Part shown: positions 38,460-51,683 of the stretch, one piece after another | Position numbering within the stretch: the stretch's first letter is position 1 | How the letters are laid out: each line of letters starts with the position of its first letter | Assembly (NCBI RefSeq): GCF_006345805.1 | Contig: NC_043004.1 | Location: forward strand, 79,422,001 to 79,486,000 | Direction of reading: 5' to 3' | DNA from: Octopus sinensis | Lineage: Eukaryota | Length of the DNA stretch: 64,000 nucleotides | Notes under the pieces: model-generated | Database searches by the model: none | The model's input: only the letters and a program-made list of their open reading frames with translations | Told to the model about the DNA's origin: nothing | Position numbers and translations under genes: made by a program

Positions 38460-39060
38460 TCATCACCATCATTGTCGTCGTTTAACGTCTGCTTTCCATG
38501 CTGGAATGGGTTTGACGGTTTGACTGAGGGCTGACAAGCCAGAAGGCTGCACCAGGCTTTAATCTGATCTGGCAAGGTTTTTACAGTTGGATGCCCTTCC
38601 TAATGCCAACCACTCCAAGAATGTAGTGGGTGTTTTTTACATGTCACCAGCATGAAGGCCAGTCAGGTGGCACTGGCAACGACCACGCTCAAATGGTGCT
38701 TTTTATGTGCCAAATCACTAGCAACAATCACATTTGAATGGTGCTTTCTATGTGCCACCAGAAAGGGACCAGTTAGGCAGCACTGGCATCAACCATGCTC
38801 GAATGGTGCTTCTCATGTGTCACTGGCACGGGTACCAATCAGGCGGTACTTGGATTGATCACAACAATGACTTCACTTGGCTCAACAAGTCTTCGCAAAT
38901 ACAGTTTATTGCCCAACGATTGAAGAGTACTCTTAAATGGGCCGGTTATGCTGCACTGGCATAGGCCACAGTTACGGTCTCACTTGGCTTGCCAGGTCTT
39001 CTCAAGCACAGCATATCTCCATATATCTCAGTCATTTGTCATTGCCTCCATGAGGCCCAA
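38460..39060 (-). mobile_element. RTE-LINE 3'-end copy (family C)
   Basis: Reverse complement of the RTE 3' UTR with (GAT)n tail. Further copies near 33560-33880(+), 34830-35170(+), 50145-50610(-), 52540-52860(-) and 61082-61350(-). Confidence 0.75.
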
Positions 39061-40750
39061 CGTTTGAAAAACTTATGGAAACAACAGGAGTGTATTTCAA
39101 CAAAAATGTAATAACAAAAGAGTTAAGGCGATTTCCTGTTAGTTTACATTCCAAACACCAATTTAAAATGGTAAAAATCAACTTACTAAATCTGTCATTA
39201 TTTTCAAAATTTACTGTAACAAAGACAATGTATTTCAAAAGATATATGGTAACAAAAGGGTTAAAGAAACAAAAAATCGAGAAGCAGCTTAATTAGTGAA
39301 CAGCTATAGACAATGTAGATAATTAGTGACCTAATTGCTGTTTTTTTCATTTCCTCCACATATCATCTACCTTATGGCAGCAACATCCGTTATTTCAAGT
39401 GCTTTTCATTACGAAGATTTACTGGAGGCTGCTGTTTTACATCCATCTTCTGGCCAAGCAAACTTCTTGTCTGTTGTTGGAGTAAATTTACGTATATGAA
39501 CATTAATAGATAAAATAGTTTTCTTGCTTAACTCTTTTTTTTTTTACCATATTTCTGTTTAAATACACTGCGTTTGTCTTCATTAATTTTGGAGGAAGGT
39601 TTTAATTTAGGCTGCTTTAACTTTTCTGTACCATTCCACTCGTATCAAGCATGGAAAACTGATATTAAATGATGGTGATGACGAAGATGGTGATGACGAT
39701 GTTAATGACGATCATCATCATCGTCGTTTAACGTCCGCTTTCCATGCTAGCATGGGTTGGACTATGAAGATAATGACGATGAAGATGTTAATAAAGATGA
39801 TGATAATGACTGTGATGATGACGACCGTGACAATGACAACCATAATGATGATGACGGTGATGATGACGATGTTGAACGATGATGACTGTGATGATTTCTG
39901 CTAAAATACACCGATTTAGTTTCTGTTAATATTAAAAAATAATACTCAGTAAAATAACTTAGTCATTATTAAGCTGGTCTTTGGAACACAGATTAACAGG
40001 GAATTCTGAAAGGAAGTTTTGTACCCTAGAACCAGGAGTGAATCGGGGAGGATTCTTTTTTTCTTTGTTTTGAAGTAAACATCCATTTATAAAAACAGTT
40101 AATGTACAAACTTTAATTTTCATTCTGCAATTAACCATAATCCTTCAACTATTTTGTATTCAAATTACTTTTAAAGCGCTCCGTCTTCTGGGATGTTGTA
40201 GGTGTAAATCAAAACTAAGAATGAATGGTAATATTTTTGTCATGGACCATTATTTGTTTCCTTTGCATATTGGCCAACATGTAGCATATTTTACACATAT
40301 AAATATCCCCCACGTACACTCCCACCCCATTTCTATCTGTGGTAATGCTTATATCAGCAAAAATTAGACCATCTAGAAGCCATCAATTGTTCAATGACCT
40401 GTAAATTATGAGACAAACTTCCACACAGTTTCTATCTCCTAAATTCATTCATAAGACATTGGTTGGCCAGGGATATTATGTACAATGGGATTGAACTCAA
40501 AACCACGTGGTTGCAAAGAGAGCTTCTTAACCATACCGCCACAAAATAAAATAATAATAAAAACTCAGAAAGATTCAATGCCCTCACATTTCAAATATTT
40601 TCTATAGTCTGTTTTTTGTTACTATTAATAAAACAGCAAAGAAAAAAAAAACCTCCACTAGAAAAATGTTATTTTTATTTCCTTCTACACAAATACAATT
40701 TATACAGTGTAGATAGCATTAATGAAAGCTTTTTGTCAGCAGTTAGTAAG

Positions 40751-40805
<55 letters not shown>

Positions 40806-40885
40806 TTGCCTGAAGAGACAGGTAGTTGGTGATACAAGAGCTTATACAGAAAACTATTAAATAATGAGAGGTTGTGTGGCATATA

Positions 40886-40920
<35 letters not shown>

Positions 40921-41655
40921 CAGCACACACACACTTCTTAACAGAAACCGATAAGTGTTTTATTTTAACCAGACCAGTGCAGATCCAACAAAAAGGATTA
41001 TGCTTACCATATACACATGCACACACACAGAAATATACATACAGATAAGCATATAATATGCATATGTGTGTGTGTCTGTGTGTGTGCATACACACACACA
41101 CACATGTATACAGGCAGAAAAACACAGATAATGAGATGCAAGCCTCTAAATATACGTACATCTGGAAGACTAACTGAACTGATAAAAAAAAAAATGGAAC
41201 AAAAAACAAAACAAAACAGAACAAGCTACTGAAGAAAGAGTAAAGAATTAGGAATGGAAAGTAAGAAAGTCTGCTGGAAGAGAGAAGAGAAAAGGAGGAA
41301 ACTCATACGTGGCGCACACACAGAGAAAATGTTCCTACCAACTTCTCGCAGACTGAGAAACGGATGAGAAGGAATTAAAAGGACAGATTATTATCAGAAC
41401 AGAATTCTTATAATATGACAACATTACTATCACAAAATACGCTCTCTCTTTCTCTGTCTCTTTCTGTCTTCCATTCTTTCTCTGTCTGTCTGTCTCTTGA
41501 TGGGAACAGTGAAATAATAAGAACTTAATGTGGATAAGTGTGTATATATGTATATATATTAAACCCGAAACAACTGGACAGTTAAACAGCAGTAAACAAT
41601 AGCTAACAAAATTATAATTATAATAATTATTATTATTATTAACAAATCTTCTTAC

Positions 41656-41732
41656 CTTAACAAAATGTGTGTGCCGCAATATTGTATTTTCAAGAGATTT
41701 AATCCACTTCTCTCTTTCATCTGCATCTCGAG
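41656..41732 (-). CDS. OSBPL9: OSBPL9/ORP9 internal exon (PH domain C-terminal helix): (A)RDADEREKWIKSLENTILRHTHFVK
   Basis: 77 nt, ttttacag acceptor and GTAAG donor, phase 1-0. Joins the previous exon in frame and contains the PH-domain Trp. Confidence 0.95.
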
Positions 41733-44700
41733 CTGTAAAAAAATGAGATGAGGAGAGAGAGAAAGAGAGTGATAAAAAAAAAAAAAGTAGTGTGTATGTA
41801 TAACTAAAATCAATAGGACAACATAGAAGGTACCCGAAGGATAAGAGTGGTCTGTGGTGGCTGAAGAAGGAAAACTAGAGGAGTGGAAAGTTGTTCAACT
41901 CCACCACCACAATCACCACCACCGCCACCACTGACGATGACAACGATGACTGCAGTCCGTTCCCTCTGCCTCTCTCCTTCTCTCTCTCTCTTGCTGAAAT
42001 TCAGTTTAACCATAGTTGATGTGGTGGGCACTAAGATTCCAGTATGGTATCTCTCAGATTACATCAGAAGAAAGAGCCAAGCTTCTGTCACAAGAGTAAA
42101 CAAACAGTGTTGTGTTTTAGAAGGGTCGGGGTGGGAGAATATTTTATCATAAACAGCACTGATAAATTTGATAAACTACTGGTGGTTGATGGTTATTTAG
42201 AAGGAGAGAGAGAGAGAACGAGAGAGAGTTTAATGCATAGAACAGTGCCAAATAATAATTTTTAAAAATTAATTAAAAATAAACAACAGTGAAAAGAGAC
42301 TTTCTAAAACTGGCTACTTTTTGTACTTTATGAAACAAAACACATAGCTGTGTGTGTGTGTGCATATATATTTAGATATATTTTATCTTTTACTTGAATT
42401 CATTAGACTACGGCCATGCTGGGGCAAGCATCGAAGAACTTTTAGTTGAATCAATCAATCCCGAAACTGTCTTCTTTTCTTAAAGTCCGGTACATATTCT
42501 GTTGGTCTCTCCTGCCAAACTTCTAAGTTACAGGGATGCAAACACACCAACACTGGTTGTAAAGTGGTGGTGGGGGACAAACAGAACAATGATACACACA
42601 CGTGAGTGTATATGTGTCTGTGTGTGTGTGGGGGGGGGGCTTCTTTCAATTTCTATCTAAATCCACTTGTAAGGCTTTGGTCAGCCCAAGGCTATAGAAG
42701 TCACTTGCCCAAATTGCCAGGCAGTAGGACTGAACCCAGAACCGTGTGGTTGGGAAGCAAGCTTCTTACCACACAGCCACACTTGCAGCTATATGTATGT
42801 GTGTGTGTATTTATGTATATATACACTCACACACACATATATTCATGTATATATAAACATACACACACACACACACCATATTTTCTTGTATATAAGATTC
42901 ACTTTCAAAAGCAAAAAGGGTTTAAAAATCATTCTGGGGCCCCCTATATGTAGAATTGGCCTACATTACATATTACATGCTTTAAAGCAGTAAAGCCATT
43001 TTTTCCCCTTGAATATGTGCTGCCGAAATTAGGCCACATTTAATCTGATATCAAACATACATATTTAAATATTCTTTAGACTAAAAAAAAAAAATGACAG
43101 TTACATTGTTAAACAGAGAAAACACATTAAACTGAGAACAGTAATGAGAATAACAATTATTTCAAATTCTGCACAAGGCAGGCAATTTTAGTGAGCGAGG
43201 AGGGGTGGGGTCAGTCAGTTATGTCGACCGCCAAGTACCATCAGTTCTGGTACTTGATTGGAACTATATTTTATCAAACCCCTAAAGATGAAAGGCAAAG
43301 TAGACCTCAGCAGGATTTGAACCCAAAATGAAAAGAGCGTAAACAAAACCGACAAAGTATATTGTCCAATACTCGGATGAGTCTGTCAGTTTGCAGCAGC
43401 AATAATAATAATAATAATAATAATAATCCTTTCTACCATGGGCACAAGGCCTGAAACTCTGAATGAGGGGGAAATTTATTACATTGTCCCCCAGTACATG
43501 ACTAATACTTATTTCATCAACCCCGAAAGGCAAAGTCAACCATGGCAGGATTTGAACTCAGAACATAAAGACAGAAAAAATGCCACTAAGTATTTGGTAT
43601 GGTATGCTAACAATTTTGCCAGATCACCATCTTAAAAAAAAAAAAAAAATAATAATAATGATGATGATAATAATAATAATAATAATAATAATGCTACCAT
43701 AAAATATACAAGATATGATTTATGATATACTTTGTTCTTTCTTACCTCTAGGTAATCTGAAAAATTTTTTCAATTTACTAAAATTCTTGTTTTTATCTAC
43801 AAATAGGTTTTTAAATTGTTGACCGAATTGCTTCATAGCCAGGTAGAACACTAAGTTGTAAAACATGGCCAATAAACGTGTTACGATATATACCTTGCCA
43901 AAACAGGATAAAAAGAAAGAAAATAATTCAATAAATATACAGAAATAAATAAAAATAAAATTAAATGAGAGCCTCTAAAATGGACAAGACAGAAGACAGC
44001 AGAGCAGTTCCATGGCAACTGGCCAGAATTAGGAAGGAACGTGATAGAGCTACAAAGTAGTTCCTTACAGAGACGTGTGTTAAATAACCAGTTGAGTTGG
44101 TTTCTCATGCTTCGTTCACCATTTATTTCAAACCATCAAACACGCACACACAACAGACTTTAACCCTAAGAACACATCTCCATCTGGTTTCTTCACAACT
44201 CGTTATTTCACTTCTCACTTTACAATGTTTTGTTTCAAACAATTTGGCGAGTTTAAAAGAACTGTCACCCAAAACAGGAAACTGTTCCTCAGTCATTAAA
44301 CAGAAATCAGGCCAAATGAGGTCAGGTCAGGTCAGGTCAGGTCACCTGCTGGACCTTCACCCTCAGCCTACCCCAATTGGTATTATATAAGTCCTAACTA
44401 CCTGTAGTCTTAGTAACTACTTCTATTGTTACTAATCAAAAGACCACCAGACTTTGATTAATTGTTTTCACTACTACAGAAACACACAAGAATTACTCAT
44501 TCATTTCAGTTCGACTGCCTCCTCCCACCACCCATTCTCATCACCTTAAACACTGTCTTAAATAACAAAGAGCTATTATTTTATTCCATAATAGTCACAG
44601 CTTCTTTGCTATCTCCTTCACTCACTCTCATCAACTCAACACCATCATTAAGTAACAAAGTGTTACTATTTATCATTTGCTAACGATCACGGCCTATGTG

Positions 44701-44855
44701 CTGTGTCACTACAAATAACCTGCTTACACAGATTACGAACACATTTTTAATTCATGCCCAGTTTGAAATATAACTGACAATAATTAATAACAACAGAAAC
44801 AGAATACCAAAAGGTAACATTTATCTGCACCTAAAAGTGGAGAGTGTATGGGACT

Positions 44856-45872
44856 AAATGTTACCTTTTGATATTAATACTGCTTCTGCTGTTATTAATT
44901 ATTATTTAATAATCCCAGTGGCTACTTGCGACACCAGTGCCTGATAAGATTCTCGGTATATTGCTGATGGAGGTATCGCTGCTATCTCTAGCTTTTGGGT
45001 GCCAACCATTGACAAGGTCAAAGAAGGCTGAAATCACTTGGTCTGGTCGTCCTAGCAGCAATGGCAGACAATTATCTGCTGCTAGCAATATAAACACAAG
45101 TGCATATATGCACCACAAGTTCATATGAGAAGTCATCTCATGGTAACTAATGCAGTATTCTGTGTTCTTACACAACATCCACTTTTAAGTGGGGATAAAT
45201 ATTATCTTCTGGTATTAACACTGCTTCTGTTGCCATTATTTTTTAATAATCCCACAGGCTATTTGCAACACCAGAGCCTGATAAGACACCGAGATTCTCT
45301 GTATATTGCTTGCAGAGGAATCGCTGCTATCTCTAGCTTTTGTGTGTCTACTATTAATAAGGCCAAGGAAGGCTGAAATTACATGATCTGGTAATCCTAG
45401 TGGCGATGGTGGAGGATTATCTCCTGCTAGCAATATAAACAAGAGTGCATGCATGCACCACAAGTCCATATAAGAGGTTCTCTCAAGGTAAATAACACAG
45501 TATTTTGTGTTCTGACATAGCATTCACCTTCAAGCAGGGATAAGTATTACCTTTCGTTATTAATATTCCTACTATTGCTATTAATTATTTTCAATAATCC
45601 CACTGGTTGATAAGGAACCAAGATTCAATACATATTGCTTACAGAAGAATTGCTGCTATCTCTAGCTTTTGGGTGTCTATAATTGACAAGGCTAAGGAAA
45701 ACCAAAATCACATGATCTGGTAGTCCTGGGAGTGATGGTGAAGGATTATCACCTGCTAGTGATATAAACAAGAGTGCATATATGCACCACAAGTCCATAT
45801 AAAAGGTTCTCTCCAAGTAAATGACACAGTATTTTGTGTTCTAACACAACATCCACCTTTAAGTGGAGATAA
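44856..45872. repeat. ~340-bp tandem repeat, three diverged copies
   Basis: Shared blocks (GCTGCTATCTCTAGCTTTTG, ATATAAACA..AGTGCAT, ATGCACCACAAGT) recur at 345 and 329 bp spacing. Older copies lie at about 47945-48690. Confidence 0.88.
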
Positions 45873-46564
45873 ATATAACTGAAAATGTCTGCATACAATG
45901 CATATGTTAAAATACAATAGAATGAAACCGAGGTTCAGGTATGGCTGTATAATTAACTGTTTCCCTCCCAACTACATGGTTTTTGGTTCTGTCCCACAGT
46001 ATAGCCTTGGGCTGACCATAGCCTCATGAGAGGATTTAGTAGAACCATCATCATGTGTATGTGTGTGAGTGTAAATGTATGTATCTTTGTTCTAACATCT
46101 ACTTTTCCATGCATGCATGGGTTGGACAGAATTTGTCAAGGCAGGTTTTCTACAACCGGATGCCCTTCCTGTCACCAACCCTCACCTGTTTCCAAGCAAG
46201 GTAAAATTTCTCCATGGACAGAAATGGTTTTGAAAAATATTGGAAATTAATGACACTGTTTGTATACACAAGGAGACACTAACAGACAAGGCTTTGGCCA
46301 GCCTGGGTCTATAGTAAAAGGCACTCGCCCATGAGGCCATGTAGTAGGACTGAACACAAAACCGTGTGTGAGACCATTTGCACTTTCTTCTGCAAAAGTC
46401 ATGGCCAACAAGTAGGAATGTTATCACTTCTCAGCAGATCATTTGCATGTTTCATGCCTTCAAAGCCATGTGGAATACGAGATCCCTTACTTGAAAAACT
46501 GGTAAGGGTTAGAAAGAGATAAAGACATTCACCAGTAAAATAATGTCTTGATAATATATCCTAA

Positions 46565-46793
46565 GGCGGCGAGCTAGCAGAAACATTAGCACGCCGGGCG
46601 AAATGCTTTGCGGTATTTCGTCCGCCGCTACGTTCTGAGTTCAAATTCCGCCGAGGTCGACTTTGCCTTTCATCCTTTCGGAGTCGATAAATTAAGTACC
46701 AGTTACGCACTGAGGTCAATGTAATCGACTTAATCTGTTTGTCTGTCCTTGTTTGTCCCCTCCATGTTTAGCCCCTTGTGGACAATAAAGAAA
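46565..46793 (+). mobile_element. tRNA-derived SINE, family A, young copy
   Basis: CpG-rich full-length copy with intact A/B-box-like motifs. Confidence 0.85.
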
Positions 46794-48322
46794 ATATATA
46801 TTCTAACCCATGCCAGCTTGGAAAAACAGACATAATAACAAATGAATAAAACAACTGATAACTTAATGAGATTTATTTTCGGAATAAAACAAACATGGTT
46901 TTGTAAATTCAGGCTTTTGTATGAAATTGTTGAGGTGAGCCTTTCATGTTTTGTCTTTCTCAAACCAACTACAAACATGATTTAATCAAAATTAATCCTT
47001 GAAATAAATGCTTTTATCTCACAGCATGCATAATTCTAATTCTCATCAATTATAATTCCAGAGTTGTCTTTCCTTTGTCTTGACTAATTTCACTAACATT
47101 AACCATTGTAGGTTAGGATTCCTTCTCCTCATTACAGCAGTAACTTTAATTAGCTGAAAATTTTTATTCATTATGCTACGTATGTTAGCACTCATTCAAC
47201 TAATAATTAGATATTTTAGCGCATGTTAACACATTCAATGAACAGGGCATTTAGCCTTTTTGTTATCATTTTTCTGTTGAAATGGGGTAATAAACAGCAT
47301 ATTGAAATTATTGGTGCTTTTGTTTCACTTCGTTTTGAAAATAATGAAGAATTTAATAAAATAAATTTGTCATTATTAAATTGATATTAGAAACATAAAT
47401 TAACATTAAATTTTGAAAAAAGTCTTAATTTAGATCACTTTAACTCTTTTGTTACCATATTCCTTCGTTTCAATAATTTTAAAAATAATGAAGGATTAAG
47501 TAACAACTCATTATTTAAGCTGCTGCTTGAAACAAATTGATATGAAACATTGATGGAAGATTTTAATTTAGATCATTTTAAATTAGGAAGTATAACAGGA
47601 TCAAGTACTCAATTAGGGCTCACTGAGTACAAAACAACAACTGATCACTCAAATACTCATTTTGTTTGAATGACAGAGGCAGAAACGTTAGCACGGCAGG
47701 CGAAATGCTTAGCGGTATTTCGTCTGTCTTTACATTCTGAGTTCAAATTCCATTGAGGTCGACTTTGCTTTCATCCTTTTGGGGCCGATAAAGTAAGTAC
47801 CAGTTGCATACTGGGGTAAATCTAATTGACTGTTCCCTGCTCCCCAAAAATTTTGGGCCTTGTGCCTAGAGTAGAAAAGAATGACAGAGGCAAGTCGAAT
47901 ATTCTGACTTATTCCAGAGTACAATGGAGTGATGAGCTCACCACCACCACCACCCATGAATGCTGCTAACAATATAAATATGAATGCTTTTATGCACCAT
48001 GAATCCATATGAGAGGTCTGCTCATGGTAAATAATGCAGGATTTGGCACTGTTGAATATATACCTTGTCTTTTGGTATCAATAATGCTTCTATTGTTATT
48101 AATTATTTTTTAATAAGCTATTTGCAGCATCAGTGCCTGAAAAGGTAATGAAATTCTATATATTGTTGGCAGTGTGAATCATTTACAGGATGTTTGCCAT
48201 GAAAGAGGCCAGGGAGGTCAAAATCACATGACCAGGCAGTTCCAGCATCTGTAGTACATGATGTTTGTTTTCCAATGATATAAACATTAGCACTTTTAAG
48301 TACCATGCATCCACATGTGAAG

Positions 48323-48602
48323 TACAAATATATGGGAAATTACCACCTCTATCATCTCTTGTGAAAGGTAGAAGAGTCCAGTTTGCTGGACATTGTTATA
48401 GAGCTGAAAACAAGGTAATTTCTACTCTTCTCCTCTGGAAGCCATCTACTCGCGATACCAGAGGGTGTACACTCTCCTACCCTAATGTAATCTCCAGGGA
48501 TACAGGCATCCAGCAACAGGACCTCCATAATGCTATGATGGACCATGAGGTCTGGCGTAACATAGTAAATTCCATTGTCTTGACCACAGTTGAACAATGA
48601 TG
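48323..48602 (+). mobile_element. 5'-truncated RTE-X-like LINE with target-site duplication
   Basis: Encodes IYGKLPPLSSLVKGRRVQFAGHCYRAENKVISTLLLWKPS...AMMDHEVWRNIV with a (TGA)n tail. ATGTGAAG is duplicated at 48315-48322 and 48603-48610. Confidence 0.85.
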
Positions 48603-49010
48603 ATGTGAAGCCCTCTCTAGGTCAATAATGCAGCATTCAATGTTCTAACAAATCATCCATGTTAAGTTGGATATAAAGATTGCCTTATTAATAACATTTC
48701 TTAATATCATCTAACTCATGCATATTCTTAAAAAGAAAAATAAGTAGTGGAAAAAAAAAAAACCTATACAACTTCATCATTATAAATACTATAAGTATAT
48801 TTCTACTAGAAAAAGCAGCCAGATCTTCTTCAAATCATATCCCACCACCTTAAAAAAGAAAAAAAAGGTGACAGTATATTGTAGTTCTTTGTATAAGAAA
48901 AATGGGATGATTTTGGGTGGAATTACCTTGAGGATAGACCCATTTATTTAGAGCCGACCTCAAGCAAAACAATAATAAACTTTTAGAATGAGATATCATG
49001 TAAAGTTTAC

Positions 49011-49089
49011 CTTGGAAATGAAAGGTCTTCTGGTTGGCAGTAATAGTGAAGGTACTATCGTCTTCATCATCAATACCAATTATGGCTCC
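49011..49089 (-). CDS. OSBPL9: OSBPL9/ORP9 internal exon (PH domain): [26 protein letters not shown]
   Basis: 79 nt, ttttacag acceptor and GTAAAC donor, phase 0-1. Near-identical to recalled ORP9 [26 protein letters not shown]. Confidence 0.95.
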
Positions 49090-49203
49090 CTGTAAAAAGC
49101 AAAACAAAAAACAACTAACAATATATTGTATTATAAAGGATGTTGGTGATGCCTTAGTGAAGAAATACTAAATTTCCAATTTACTATTTCTATGTAAGCT
49201 TAA

Positions 49204-49697
49204 ACCGTTTTGTTGAAATGCCCTGCTTTTGTTTTAATTAATTTTAAAGAATATAGAATTTAGAAAAATAACTCATCAATAAGCTGGTATTCAGAAAATA
49301 ATTTAACACAAAATTTTGAAGGGGAGTTTTAATTTAGGTCACTTTAAAATAGGAAATTTGTATCTGAGAACCAGAAGTAGTTTCAGGCAGGTTGTAACGG
49401 CTGAACCAGCAAGGATTTTAGGAACAGCAAAGATTTGAGGCTATAGAAGAGGTGGATACCAAGAGGGTTAACCCATTTGTTAACATATTTCTAATGAAAT
49501 ACACTGCATTTGTTTTAATTAATTTTGAAGATAATGAAGAACTTAGTAAAATAACTGTCGTTATTAAGCAGATACTTGGGACATAAGTTCCTAATTTCAT
49601 TAAATTTTAATGGAAGGTTTTAATTTAGGTAACTTTAAAACAGAAATTTTACATCCCACAAACAGGGGCAAACTCAGTCAAACTGGTATTCAAAAGG
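49204..49697. mobile_element. Two head-to-tail piggyBac-like MITEs
   Basis: TTAA at 49200, 49468 and 49698. Both halves match the family at 267-487. Confidence 0.6.
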
Positions 49698-51304
49698 TTA
49701 AATAAATGTAACAAATGTAATATGTTAGAGTGATAAGGTTAATACTAATTTGTGCAGTTAATATTAATTCTTGGGATTGGTTTCAGTTCAGGCTAGTGCA
49801 GCTGGCAAAGTCAGAATATGCAAGAAGAACTATTTGAAATGCCATTCAGTAATTTCAGAGGAAGAGAAAAGAATGGACAGGTGCAGCCTCCTACCTCATG
49901 TAATGTTGAAAAGAATTAAGAGATCTAGGAAGTAGAAGTTATGATAGCAACCACAGAAAGGAGTAGGAGTAGAAAATATTACTCAACAGTGGGCAAGAGT
50001 ATGTAAGGGGTGAGAGGATGTTACTGAAGTATTTGTTTATCTGTTTTGTATAGTTATGGTAGGAAGGGAAACCAGAGAAAGAATTTTAAATGAGTTGCAA
50101 CATTCCATTTGGAGTAAATAACTATAGGGTTACAAATATTTGAATCATCATCATCATTTAACGTCCGCTTTCCATGCTAGCATGGGTTGGACGAATGACT
50201 GAGGGCTAGCGAACCAGATGGCTGCACCAGGCTTCAATCTCGATCTGGCAGAGTTTCTACAGCTGGATGCCCTTCCTAATGCCAACCACACCGAGAGTGT
50301 AGTGGGTGCTTTTACGTGCCAGTCAGGCGGTTCTGGCAACGACCTCGCTCGAATCTTTTACACATGCCACAAGCACAGGTGCCAGTAAGGTGACGTTGGT
50401 AACAATCACGCTAAAATGGTGCCTTTTAGGTGCCACTGGCACGGAAGCCGGTTAGCCGCTCTGTCAAGGAACACACTCGTATGGTGCTCTTTGCACTCCG
50501 CTAGGACGGACACCAGTCATCGAATTTGATTTTGATTTTTGATTTCACTCGCCTCAACAGGTCTTCGCAAGCAGAGTTTTAGTGTCCAAAGAAGGAAAAG
50601 GTACGCATAAGTGGGAACACCAAAAGGAAATTCAAAGTTATTAGATTCAGTTTTGCAAAAAAAATCAAGAATAACGGAAATTACTTAACTTGGTAAGAAA
50701 AGTCTTAAATAGACTTCTGTTTAGCTTCTAGTACTTTTAGGGTCCACCCTGACACCTCATCACAACTATTTTATCCCTCTTTCCATATCCACCCCAGTTA
50801 CATCCATTCCTTTATAATGCAAGTAACCATGTAGCACCTCTACAGCAAGAAATCTGTTCTGGATCTTTCTTTCATACTTTAACCCACTCGTCTCCAAACA
50901 ACAAAACTACCTCCTATTCTACTGTGACCTCACTCAGCACAAGGGATTCTTAGTCTTGCAAGTTACTCGGTGACCTCACTGCTACTGATTCCATAAAAAC
51001 AAGTACTCTGCGCACACTGTTAAGTGGTTGGCATTAGGAAGGGCATCCAGCCATAGAAACCATGTCCAAGCAGACACTGGGGCTCACTGCATCCTGTCAA
51101 AATGTCCAATCTACACCAGCATGGAAGACAGATGTTAAATGATGATTATATATCTATGGCTTGTTGCTGGCATATTTTTCCTCTTTGTATGGATATTTTA
51201 TCCTGTCTCTGCTGTTCTATCAGCGTTTGTGCATTTGAAAATAGATTACCTTATTTGTATCTCACAATACACATTTCAGCACTTATATATATATATATAT
51301 AATT

Positions 51305-51683
51305 GTCATGGCACTCCGTCGGTCACGACGACAAAGGTTCCAGTTGATCCAATCAACGGAACAGCATGCTCAAGAAATTAATGTTCAAATGGCTGAGTAC
51401 TCTACAGACACATGTACCCTTAATGTAGTTCTTGGGGAGATTCAGTGTGACACAGAGAGTGACAAGGCTGGCCCCTTTGAAATACAGGTACAACAGAAAC
51501 AGGAAGAAAGAGTGAAATTGTGGTAATAGAGTACAGCAGGGTTCGCCACCACTCCCTGCCAGAGCCTTGTGGAGCTTCAGGTGCCTTTGCTCAATAAACA
51601 CTCACAACACCTGGTCTGGGAATTGAAAACGCGATCCTATCGATTACGAGTCTGTTGCCCTAACCACTGGGCCATTGTGCCAC
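51305..51683 (-). mobile_element. tRNA-derived SINE, family E
   Basis: Minus-strand head GGCACAATGGCCCAGTGGTTAGGGCAACAGACTCGTAATC...TTCAATTCCC, followed by about 300 bp of non-tRNA body. Confidence 0.7.

Noticed and set aside
41883-42152. Pro-rich ORF MESCSTPPPQSPPPPP... antisense to the gene
   Set aside because: Built from (CCA)n/(GAT)n/(CT)n low-complexity sequence with no recognisable domain.
43879-44657. Solo LTR (TGTTAC...GTAACA termini)
   Set aside because: No matching target-site duplication and no second copy in the window; 6-bp inverted ends can occur by chance.
44980-45670. AG|CTAGAGATAGC ('ARDSSD') in each 340-bp unit as mutually exclusive versions of the ARDADE exon
   Set aside because: Similarity is limited to about three codons, the AG follows A-rich rather than pyrimidine-rich sequence, and the PH-domain Trp helix is absent.
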